A stretch of 64,000 bases of DNA from Anaeramoeba ignava BMAN (taxonomy: Eukaryota > Protista > Anaeramoebae). Within the stretch, counting starts at the first letter, position 1. Every line of letters begins with the position of its first letter. The stretch covers positions 744,001-808,000 of the forward strand of contig JAPDFW010000125.1 of NCBI GenBank assembly GCA_028826165.1, read 5' to 3'. A program made the position numbers and the translations under genes. Positions 11,773 through 22,239 of the stretch are shown piece by piece. Under the pieces are notes generated by a model. It ran no database searches and was not told where the DNA came from. It worked only from the letters and a program-made list of their open reading frames with translations.

Positions 11773-12021
11773 ATTCTATTCTTTTTTCTTTCTTCTTCTT
11801 TTTTTTTTCTTTTCTTTTTTTTGCTTTTTTTTGTTGTTTTGTTTTGTTGTCTTTTTTTTTAAAAAAAAAGTACTATTTTCAAAAAAAAAAATTAATAAAA
11901 ATAATATTTGTTTTTCTTTTTGCAAAATTGCAAATTCAATTAAAAACAAAAAAAAATTTTTTTTTTACTTTTAGGGAAAAAATTTTTTTTGCTTTTTTAT
12001 TTTTTATTTTTTAATTATCTT

Positions 12022-14299
12022 TTAATTTTTATTTGATATAAAAAGTTTATGATAAAGTAAAAGTTGTTCTTCAATATTTTTTTTTGTAATAATGTGATGA
12101 TTTGCAATTGCATTTTCTAAAATAGATTCAACTTTAAAAACATCTTTTGGAAATGAAATTTGAAGTTGAGTTCGACACATATTTGGATTATGTTTTGAAT
12201 CTTGAAGTTTCCCTTTTTTTGCGAATAATTTCCGATCTTTCAGATCAAATCGTGAAACTGTTACTTCTGTTTCTTTTGAAGATTGGTTTTGAATTCCTTG
12301 AAATGCAATTCCAATTCCACTTTCAAAATGAGAACGAATGATGTAATTTTGATCAAAAAAAGATAAAGGAGTTGTGCAATGAGCAAAAGTGATTTGATTT
12401 AATTGTGGATTGATTTCTTGGAGATTAGCCATGAAAATTTTGGGTGATTCAGAAAGAAGATGAGAAAGAATCATTGAATATAAAGAAGGAAGATCACCTA
12501 ATTTGATTTAATTTAAAATTGATATTAAATTGAATTAAAATTGAATTAAAATTGAATTAAAATTGATTTAAAATTGATATAAAATTGAATTAAAATTGAT
12601 TTAAAATTGATTTAAAATTGAATTAAAATTGATTTAAAATTGATTTAAAATTGAATTAAAATTGATTAAAATTGATTTAAAATTGATTTAAAATTGAATT
12701 AAAATTGATTTAAAAAATAAAATTGATATAAATTTGATTTAAATTTGATTTAGATTTAAATTTTAATTGATTTAAAATTGAATTAAAATTGATTTAAAAT
12801 TGATTTAAAATTGAATTAAAATTGATTTAAAATTGATTTAAAATTGATTTAAAATTGATTTAAAATTGATTTAAAATTGATTTAAAATTGATTTAAAATT
12901 GATTTAAAATTGATTTAAAATTGATATAAAATTGAATTAAATTTGATATAAAATTGATTTAAAATTGATTTAAAATTGATTTAAAATTGATTTAAAATTG
13001 ATATAAAATTGATTTAAAATTGATTTAAAATTGATTTAAAATTGATTTAAAATTGATTTAAAATTGATTTAAAATTGAATTAAAATTGATATAAAATTGA
13101 TTTAAAATTGATTTAAATTTGATATAAAATTGATATAAAATTGATTTAAAATTGATATAAAATTGATTTAAAATTGATTTAAAATTGATATAAAATTTAT
13201 TTAAATTTGATATAAAATTGAATTAAAATTGATATAAAATTGATATAAAATTGATTTAATTTTGAATTAAAATTGATTTAATATTGATTTAAATTTGAAT
13301 TAAAATTGATTTAAAATTGAATTAAAATTGATATAAAATTGATTTAAAATTGAATTAAAATTGATTTAAAATTCAACCTTCACAAGATGCCATTATCCCC
13401 ATATCATTCATTTGAGATAAAGACAAACATCCAGTTGTTTTCAAAGCAAAAAGTAAATCAAAACATCGCAATGATAATGCCTGTAAACTATATTCAGAAA
13501 CAAGTTTACGAGTTGCTTCTGAAACAGCAACAGATTTTTTCAACTCCTCCAAACTATATTCATCCAATTTTTTTGGGTCAAAATGTGGATATTCTTGTTG
13601 AATAATTCTTCGTGAAATCAATTCATTTCGAGAATCTTTTTTTTGCTCCAAAACAAATTCTTTCTTGATTTTTTCCAACGGAATATAAATCAAATCAATT
13701 CCAAAAACTTTCTTCAAAATTTGTTGAGAGGGAATATGATCCAAATCACTATTAACTAACCAATCTGAAGGTTTTCCAAATAATCCTATTCTGACATTGG
13801 AAAGTGCTTTTTTGGTTTGAAAAATTGAGACAATATTTTTTAAATAAGAATATCCGAAATCAATCTCATTTAAAGGATCATTAAAATGAATAATTGAAAC
13901 ATTCCTTTGATCTCTTCTTAGTCTCGCTGAAACTTCAAGTGCTGCTGGAAGTGAATTCATTTTTGAATGCGAGACAATGAAAATTGGTTCATCCAAATCA
14001 AATTTATGTTTTTGAATTTGATCCAAAACTAAATGTTCAGTTCCGCCAGTTAAAAGATAAAAAGCATTTGGTTTTTTTGCTTTTAAATTTCCTTCTTCAA
14101 TCATTTGAGCTTGAATTTGATTTTTTTCAAGTCTTTTTTGTGTTGATTCTACTAATTTTTTAATTTCTTCTTCTTTCGCAAGTGAACTAAATAAAGGTTT
14201 AATTTTCATTTCAATTTGTTTTTTCTTTTTTAATAAAGGTGCAATTGGAATTTTATATGAACTAAGTGAATTAATTTGTTCTGCAATAAGAAAATCCAT
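12022..14299 (-). CDS. L-fucose/L-arabinose isomerase-related protein (FucI-like, bacterial type); exons 14299-13378, 12497-12022
   Basis: Motifs TGGTE, NSLPAALE, PSDWL, RCFDLL..TTGCLSLS.MND, spliced CEG|D, FMAN, FAHCT, HFESGIGIA, CRTQ, NHH; 880-nt GTTGAA...TAG intron. Confidence 0.82.
12500..13375. repeat. Intronic 11-mer minisatellite (AAAATTGATTT)
   Basis: Near-perfect tandem 11-mers fill the intron. Confidence 0.9.
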
Positions 14300-14410
14300 G
14301 AAAAATTTATTATTTTTTGAAAATGAAAAATTTATTATTTTTTGAAAATGAAAAATTTATTATTTTTTGAAAATGAAAAATGAAAAATGAAAAAAATGAA
14401 ATGAAAAATT

Positions 14411-16188
14411 TTAATTTTGATTTTTGGTTTGTTTTTTAAATTCTTGAAGTGCAAAATCTAATAAATTGGGTTTTATTGGGTTTAATTGGAAATAATCAAC
14501 TGATTTTTCAATTTCGTAAATGATTTCTTTTGTAAGTTGAATTTCTTTTTTGATTTGATTTGAATAAATCCAATATTCAAATATTTGAAAAGCTTCATCA
14601 CTTATTTCACTATAATCTGTGACTTTATTAGATTTATCATCAGTTACTAATAAAAACATCCCTCGATATAACTCACTTCTCATTATTAATATCAATTTGT
14701 GGAATTTAATTGATTTTCCGTTTCTTTCAATAATAAAATCCTTTGTTGTCTCATCTTCAAACAATCTTCTCATACTTTCGCTTAATTTTTCTTCTTTGAT
14801 AATTTCTTTAATTTCAGAATATAATTTTGTATTTATAATTCTGTTTGAATAAATCATTTCAAATATTTGATTTGATTCTTTAATTGATTTATTTGAAATA
14901 ATTTTTCGAAGTTTTTCAATTTGATTTTGATTTAATCTATTCTGAAGAATAAGTTGATGAGCTTCAATTACTTCTCCGTTTTTGGTTTTAAATGAAATAT
15001 CACAAAATTCTTTTCTTCTAAATAAATGGATCAAATCTTTCTCAAAATTGTTGAAATAAACTAAAAAAAGAAACGAATTGCTTGCTCCGCAATGAATATG
15101 GCACTTGAAAACATCCTCATCATATATAGAGAATCCAGGAATCTCAATTTGAAAGGGAATCAAATGATTCGAGGTTGAAGTATCAGCTAAGCGGCCAAAT
15201 TGAGTGTTTCCAAATCCAAACAATTTTCCATTTGAAGTTAAAATCAAATTATGTTCATAACCAACAGAAATTTCAAGAATATCATCGTGTTCAAAAAAGA
15301 ACGGAATTTCTGTAAATTCTTTAGTATTCTTGGTGTCTCCCAATCCGTTGTATTGCCAAAATCCACATGAATAAAGCTTTCGTTTTGAATATTTATTGGG
15401 AAATTCATCTTCAACTAGCATTACCGAATGAGAAGTTCCCATTTGAATATCAACTATTTTCCCTTTTGGAATATTTTGGATTTGTGTAAGTTTTTGATTG
15501 TCATTGATCTTGATGATTTTCCTAATCCAAGTTGACCAAAATAATTATATCCACAACAAAATAATTCTTGATTTGAATTTAAAAGAAAAACTGATAAAGA
15601 ACAATTTCCTGAAAATATTTTAGAAACATTTTTCATCATTAAAATTGGTTTTTCTGTTTTTTCAAGTGATATAGAATCAAAACCAAGTTGACAATATTCA
15701 TTTGAACCGATTCCATAAGAATTTTGATTTAAAGTTAATAAATAAATTGAATTAGCACCAGAAATAATATCTTGAATTACTCTATCATTTGTATCTTCAA
15801 TTAATGATGAAATATTGGTTAATCTATAAGGAAATCTTGAATTGATGAAATATCCTTTTGCAAATACATTTCCTTCAAAAGTGAGACTAGCTCCAATTCC
15901 TTCTCCATTAGATATCTTTTGAATATTTTTAATCTCAAGTGAATCTGTTAAATTTGAATTGTTTGTGTATTTTTTTGCTTTTCCATTTTCAAATAGTATA
16001 ATTGTTGTAAATCCTCTTGATGATATTTGTTTAATTTGATTTTCTTTTTCTTTTTCTTTTTCTTTTTCTTTTTTTGATTCATTTTCAAAATTGATTTCAA
16101 TTGGTTTTATTATTTTGTCTGCTGTAGCACAAACAAATGAAGGTAAATTATTAAAACCAAAAAAAAAAACTTTATTAATTTTCTTCAT
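14411..16188 (-). pseudogene. Divergent RCC1-BTB-BTB paralog split by a 1-nt frameshift (pseudogene or homopolymer sequencing error)
   Basis: ORFs 15454-16188 and 14411-15442 join if the T5 run at 15491-15495 is T6, which restores TIKKLTQIQNIPKGKIVDIQ. Confidence 0.75.
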
Positions 16189-16244
16189 TTTTCTTTTAAT
16201 TATTTTGAAAAGAAAGAAAAAAATGAAAAAATAATTTTTTAATT

Positions 16245-18014
16245 TTAATTTTGATTATTAAATTTGTTAATTAATAAATCAAATAAATTTGGATTTGTTT
16301 GATTTAATTGAAAATAATCAATTCCAATTTTAATTTCATCAATGATTTCTTGTGTAATTTTCATTCCATCTTTAATTTGATTTGAATAAATCCAATATTC
16401 AAATATTTGAAATGATTTATTACTTATTTCACTATAATCTTTAACTTTATTAGATTTATCTTCAGTTACAGATAAAAACATTCCTCGATATAATTCACTT
16501 CTCATTATTAATATTAATTTTGGAAATTTATATTGTTTTTCTTTTCTTTCAATAATAAAATCTTTTTCATTTTCATTTAAATAAATTCTTTTCATTGTTT
16601 CTTCTATTTTTTCATTTGAATTTATAATTTCTTTAATTTCAGAATATAATTTTGGATTTATTATTCTATTTGAATAAATCATTTCAAATATTTGATTTGA
16701 TTCTTTAATTGATTTATTTGAAATAATTTCTTGAAGTTTTTCAATTTGATTTTGATTTTGATTTAATCTATATTTCAATATTAATTTATGAGCTTCAATT
16801 ATTTCTCCATTTTCTGTTTTAAATGAAATATCACAAAATTCTTTTCTTCTAAATAGTTTTACCAAATCTTCTTCAAGATTGGAAAAAGGAGAAATAAAAG
16901 GAGAATAATAAAGAAATGAATTGTCATATCCACAAGAAATATGATAATTAGAAATATTTTCATTAAATCTTAATTTAGGAAGTTCACTTTGAAATGGAAT
17001 TGATTGTGTATTTGTATTTCCAGTTCCTAATTGACCATAAGAATTTGAACCAAATCCAATTAATTTATTATTGGAAGTTAAAATCAAAGTATGGAAACAA
17101 CCAACAGAAAATTCACGAATATTATCATAATTTTCAAATAAAGATGATTTGATTTCAGTAAATTCATAAGTATCTTCATCTTGACCAAGTCCATTAAAGA
17201 AATATCTTCCACATGAATAAAGTTTTCTTTTTGGATTTTGATTTTGATTTTCAATCAACATTACTGAATGAGAATATGCACATTGAATATCAATTATTTT
17301 ACCTTTTGGAATATTTTGGATTTTGGTTAATTTTTGGATTGTTTCTTCTTTTCTTGATTCTCCTAATCCAAGTTTACCATATTCATTCCATCCACATCCA
17401 AATAATTCTTGATTTGAATTTAAAAGAAAGGTTGATCGTGAATTATTTCCTGAAAATATTTTAGAAACATTTTTCATCATTAAAATTGGTTTTTCTGTTG
17501 TTTCAAGTGTTTCAGAATCAAAACCAAGTTGACCATAATAATTTGAACCAATTCCATAAGCATTTTGATTTGAAGTTAATAAGTAAATTGAACTATCTCC
17601 AGAAACAATATCTTGAATTATTCTATCATTTGTATCTTCAATTAATGATGAAATATTGATAAATTCATTTGGATTATCTGGATTAATATTATATCCTTTG
17701 GCAAATACATTTCCTTCTTTTGTTAAAATAGCTTCAACATCAACACCAACAGTTACTTTTTGAATATTTTCTTCAATTTGGATTTTTTTAGGATTTTGAT
17801 TTGAATCATTTTCATTTAAATATTCTATTGCTTTTCCATTTTTAAAAAGGAAAATTGTTGAAAAATCACCTGTTGAAATTTGTTTAATTTGTTTTTCATT
17901 TTCATTTTCATTTTCATTTTCAAATTTAAATTGAATTGGTTTTGTTATTGAATATGATTCATTTTTGAAAAGTTCTGGATATTGATTTTTACCAAAAAAT
18001 AAAATTTCATTCAT
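16245..18014 (-). CDS. RCC1-repeat / double BTB-POZ protein
   Basis: GxNxxGQLG RCC1 repeats; BTB1 FCDISF..AHKLIL; BTB2 KDFII..KLILIMRSELYRGMF..YWIYS. Confidence 0.92.
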   Translation of the reverse strand: MNEILFFGKNQYPELFKNESYSITKPIQFKFENENENENEKQIKQISTGDFSTIFLFKNGKAIEYLNENDSNQNPKKIQIEENIQKVTVGVDVEAILTKEGNVFAKGYNINPDNPNEFINISSLIEDTNDRIIQDIVSGDSSIYLLTSNQNAYGIGSNYYGQLGFDSETLETTEKPILMMKNVSKIFSGNNSRSTFLLNSNQELFGCGWNEYGKLGLGESRKEETIQKLTKIQNIPKGKIIDIQCAYSHSVMLIENQNQNPKRKLYSCGRYFFNGLGQDEDTYEFTEIKSSLFENYDNIREFSVGCFHTLILTSNNKLIGFGSNSYGQLGTGNTNTQSIPFQSELPKLRFNENISNYHISCGYDNSFLYYSPFISPFSNLEEDLVKLFRRKEFCDISFKTENGEIIEAHKLILKYRLNQNQNQIEKLQEIISNKSIKESNQIFEMIYSNRIINPKLYSEIKEIINSNEKIEETMKRIYLNENEKDFIIERKEKQYKFPKLILIMRSELYRGMFLSVTEDKSNKVKDYSEISNKSFQIFEYWIYSNQIKDGMKITQEIIDEIKIGIDYFQLNQTNPNLFDLLINKFNNQN

Positions 18015-18301
18015 TTTTAAAAAGAAAAAAATGAAAAAATAATTTTTGGAATTTTAATTTTAATTTTAATTTTAATTTTTAATTTTAATTTTAATTTTAA
18101 TTTTAATTTTGATTTTAATTTTGATTTTATTTTTGATTTTAATTTTAATTTTAATTTTAATTTTAATTTTAATTTTAATTTTAATTTTAATTTTAATTTT
18201 AATTTTAATTTTAATTTTAATTTTAATTTTAATTTTAATTTTAATTTTAATTTTAATTTTAATTTTGATTTTAATTTTTAATTTTAATTTTGATTTTAAT
18301 T

Positions 18302-20077
18302 TTAATTTTGATTATTAAATTTGTTAATTAATAAATCAAATAAATTTGGATTTGTTTGATTTAATTGAAAATAATCAATTCCAATTTCAATTTCTTCAAT
18401 TATTTCTTGTGTAATTTGGATATCATCTTTGATTTGATTTGAATAAATCCAATATTCAAATATTTGAAATGATTTATTACTTAATTCACTATAATCTGTA
18501 ACTTTATTAGATTTATCTTCTGTTACAGATAAAAACATTCCTCGATATAATTCACTTCTCATTATTAATATTAATTTTGGAAATTTATATTGTTTTTCTT
18601 TTCTTTCAATAATAAAATCTTTTTCATTTTCATTTAAATAAATTCTTTTCATTGTTTCTTCTATTTTTTCATTTGAATTTATAATTTCTTTAATTTCAGA
18701 ATATAATTTTGGATTTATTTTGGAATTATTTGAATAAATCATTTCAAATATTTGATTTGATTCTTTAATTGATTTATTTGAAATTATTTCTTGAAGTTTT
18801 TCAATTTGATTTTGATTTTGATTTAATCTATATTTCAATATTAATTTATGAGCTTCAATTATTTCTCCATTTTTGGTTTTAAATGAAATATCACAAAATT
18901 CTTTTCTTTCAAATAATTTTATCAAATCTTCTTCAAGATTGGAAAAAGGAGAAATAAAAGGAGAATAATAAAGAAATGAATTGTCATATCCACAAGAAAT
19001 ATGATAATTAGAAATATTTTCATTAAATCTTAATTTAGGAAGTTCAATTTGGATTGGAATTGATTGTGTATTTGTATCTCCAGTTCCTAATTCACCATGA
19101 GAATTATCTCCAAATCCAATTAATTTTGGTTTGGAAGTTAAAATCAAATTATGAAAACAACCAACAGAAAAATCAATAATATTATCATCATTTTCAAATA
19201 AAGATGATTTGATTTCAGTAAATTCATAAGTATCTTCATCTTGACCAAGCCCATTAAAAAAAGATCTTCCAGTTGAATAAAGTTTTCTTTTTGGATTTTG
19301 ATTTTGATTTTCATCTTCAATTAACATTATTGAATGAGAATATGCACATTGAATATCAATTATTTTACCTTTTGGAATATTTTGGATTTTGGTTAATTTT
19401 TGGATTTTTGTTTCTCTTTTTCTTGATTCTCCTAATCCAAGTTTACCATATTCATTCAATCCACATCCAAATAATTCTTGATTTGGATTTAAAAGAAAGG
19501 TTGATCGTGAATTATTTCCTGAAAATATTTTAGAAACATTTTTCATCATTAAAATTGGTTTTTCTGTTTTTGGAAGTGTTTTAGAATCAAAACCAAGTTG
19601 ACCATAATTATTTGAACCAATTCCATAAGCATTTTGATTTGAAGTTAATAAGTAAATTGAACTATCTCCAGAAATAATATCTTCAATTACTCTATCATTT
19701 GTATCTTCAATTAATGTTGAAATATTGATAAATTCATTTGGATTATCTGGATTAATATTATATCCTTTGGCAAATACATTTCCTTTTATTGTTAAAATAG
19801 CTTCATTTTCATCACCAACAGATACTTTTTGAATATTTTCTTCAATTTGGATTTTTTTAGGATTTTGTTTTGAATTTCTTGAATATTCTATTGCTTTTCC
19901 ATTTTTAAAAAGGAAAATTGTTGAATAATCTCCTGTTGAAATTTGTTTAATTTGTTTTTCATTTTCATTTTCATTTTCATTTTCAAATTTAAATTGAATT
20001 GGTTTTATTATTGAATATGGTTCATTTTTGAAAAGTTCTGGATATTCATTTTTACCAAAAAATATAATTTCATTCAT
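18302..20077 (-). CDS. RCC1-repeat / double BTB-POZ protein
   Basis: Same architecture; closest to the 16245 copy. Confidence 0.92.
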   Translation of the reverse strand: MNEIIFFGKNEYPELFKNEPYSIIKPIQFKFENENENENEKQIKQISTGDYSTIFLFKNGKAIEYSRNSKQNPKKIQIEENIQKVSVGDENEAILTIKGNVFAKGYNINPDNPNEFINISTLIEDTNDRVIEDIISGDSSIYLLTSNQNAYGIGSNNYGQLGFDSKTLPKTEKPILMMKNVSKIFSGNNSRSTFLLNPNQELFGCGLNEYGKLGLGESRKRETKIQKLTKIQNIPKGKIIDIQCAYSHSIMLIEDENQNQNPKRKLYSTGRSFFNGLGQDEDTYEFTEIKSSLFENDDNIIDFSVGCFHNLILTSKPKLIGFGDNSHGELGTGDTNTQSIPIQIELPKLRFNENISNYHISCGYDNSFLYYSPFISPFSNLEEDLIKLFERKEFCDISFKTKNGEIIEAHKLILKYRLNQNQNQIEKLQEIISNKSIKESNQIFEMIYSNNSKINPKLYSEIKEIINSNEKIEETMKRIYLNENEKDFIIERKEKQYKFPKLILIMRSELYRGMFLSVTEDKSNKVTDYSELSNKSFQIFEYWIYSNQIKDDIQITQEIIEEIEIGIDYFQLNQTNPNLFDLLINKFNNQN

Positions 20078-20365
20078 TTTTAAAAAGAAAAAAATGAAAA
20101 ATGAAAAATGAAAAATAATTTTAATTTTAATTTTTAATTTTGATTTTAATTTTAATTTTAATTTTAATTTTAATTTTAATTTTAATTTTAAATTTAATTT
20201 TGATTTTGATTTTAATTTTAATTTTAATTTTGATTTTAATTTTGATTTTAATTTTAATTTAATTTTAATTTTAATTTTAATTTTAATTTTAATTTTAATT
20301 TTAATTTTAATTTTAATTTTAATTTTAATTTTAATTTTAATTTTAATTTTAATTTTAATTTTTTA

Positions 20366-22138
20366 TTAATTTTGATTATTAAATTTGTTAATTAATAAAT
20401 CAAATAAATTTGGATTTGTTTGATTTAATTGAAAATAATCAATTCCAATTTCAATTTCATCAATGATTTCTTGTGTAATTTCAATTTCATCTTTAATTTG
20501 ATTTGAATAAATCCAATATTCAAATATTTGAAATGATTTATTACTTAATTCACTATAATCTGTAACTTTATTTGATTTATCTTCAGTTACAGATAAAAAC
20601 ATTCCTCGATATAATTCACTTCTCATTATTAATATTAATTTAGGAAATTTATATTGTTTTTCTTTTCTTTCGATTATAAAATCTTTTTCATTTTCATTTA
20701 AATAAATTCTTTTCATTGTTTCTTCAATTTTTTCATTGGAATTTATAATTTCTTTAATTTCACAATATAATTTTGGATTTATTATTATGTTTGAATAAAT
20801 CATTTCAAATATTTGATTTGATTCTTTAATTGATTTATTTGAAATAATTTCTTGAAGTTTTTCAATTTCAATTTGATTTTGATTTAATCTATATTTCAAT
20901 ATTAATTTATGAGCTTCAATTATTTCTCCATTTTCTGTTTTAAATGAAATATCACAAAATTCTTTTCTTTCAAATAATTTTATCAAATCTTCTTCAATAT
21001 TGGAAAAAGAAGAAGGAGAATAATAAAGAAATGAATTGTAATATCCACAAGAAATATGATAACTAGAAATATTTTCATTAAATCTTAATTTAGGAAGTTC
21101 ACTTTGAATTGGAGTTAAATTGTTTCCTCCTATATATTCAATTCCTAATTCACCATAAGAATTTGAGCCAAATCCAATCATTTTATTATTGGAAGTTAAA
21201 ATCAAATTATGGAAACAACCAACAGAAAATTCACGAATATTATCATCATTTTCAAATAAAGATGATTTCATTTCAGTAAATTCATAAGTATTTTGATCTT
21301 TTCCAAGTCCATTAAAAAAATATCTTCCACATGAATAAAGTTTTCTTTTTGTATTTTGATTTTCATCTTTAATCAACATTACTGAATGAGAATATCCACA
21401 TTGAATATCAATTATTTTGCCTTTTGGAATATTTTGGATTTGAGTTAATTTTTTGATTGTTTCTTGTTTTCTTGATTCTCCTAATCCAAGTTGAGCATAT
21501 TGATTATTACCACATCCAAATAATTCTTGATTTGAATTTAAAAGAAAAGCACAAGTTGAAGAAATTCCTGAAAATATTTTAGAAACATTTTTCATCATTA
21601 AAATTGGTTTTTCTGTTTTTGGAAGTGTTTTAGAATCAAAACCAAGTTGACCATAATTATTTGAACCAATTCCATAAGCATTTTGATTTGAAGTTAATAA
21701 GTAAATTGAACTATCTCCAGAAACAATATCTTGAATTATTCTATCATTTTTATCTTCAATTAATGATGAAATATTGATAAATTCTTTTGGATTATTTGGA
21801 TTAATATCTTTTCCTTTGGCAAATACATTTCCTTCTATTGTTAAAATAGCTTCATTTGAAAAACCAACAGATACTTTTTGAATATTTTCTTCAATTTGGA
21901 TTTTTTGAAGATGTGGATTTGAATCATTTTCTTTTGAATATTCTATTGCTTTTCCATTTTTGAAAAGGAAAATTGTTGAAAAATAACCTGATGAAATTTG
22001 TTTAATTTGCTTTTCATTTTCATTTTCATTTTCATTTTCATTTTCAAATTTAAATTGAATTGGTTTTGTTATTTTATCTGGTTCATTTTTGAAAAGTTTT
22101 GGATATTTATTTTCACCAAAAAATAAACAATCATTCAT
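20366..22138 (-). CDS. RCC1-repeat / double BTB-POZ protein
   Basis: Start set at MNDCLFF (22138) by paralog comparison. Confidence 0.92.
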   Translation of the reverse strand: MNDCLFFGENKYPKLFKNEPDKITKPIQFKFENENENENENEKQIKQISSGYFSTIFLFKNGKAIEYSKENDSNPHLQKIQIEENIQKVSVGFSNEAILTIEGNVFAKGKDINPNNPKEFINISSLIEDKNDRIIQDIVSGDSSIYLLTSNQNAYGIGSNNYGQLGFDSKTLPKTEKPILMMKNVSKIFSGISSTCAFLLNSNQELFGCGNNQYAQLGLGESRKQETIKKLTQIQNIPKGKIIDIQCGYSHSVMLIKDENQNTKRKLYSCGRYFFNGLGKDQNTYEFTEMKSSLFENDDNIREFSVGCFHNLILTSNNKMIGFGSNSYGELGIEYIGGNNLTPIQSELPKLRFNENISSYHISCGYYNSFLYYSPSSFSNIEEDLIKLFERKEFCDISFKTENGEIIEAHKLILKYRLNQNQIEIEKLQEIISNKSIKESNQIFEMIYSNIIINPKLYCEIKEIINSNEKIEETMKRIYLNENEKDFIIERKEKQYKFPKLILIMRSELYRGMFLSVTEDKSNKVTDYSELSNKSFQIFEYWIYSNQIKDEIEITQEIIDEIEIGIDYFQLNQTNPNLFDLLINKFNNQN

Positions 22139-22239
22139 TTTTGAAAAGAAAAAAAATGAAAAAAATGAAAAATGAAAAAATAAATTTTTAATTTTAATTT
22201 TAATTTTAATTTTAATTTTGATTTCATTAATGATTTCAT

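Noticed and set aside
17213-17464. Recurrent antisense ~85-aa hydrophobic ORF (MNKVFFLDFDF...) in about 10 RCC1-BTB copies
   Set aside because: Shadow ORF: its conservation follows from paralog identity and its hydrophobicity from the T-rich antisense strand. It is broken or truncated in other copies.
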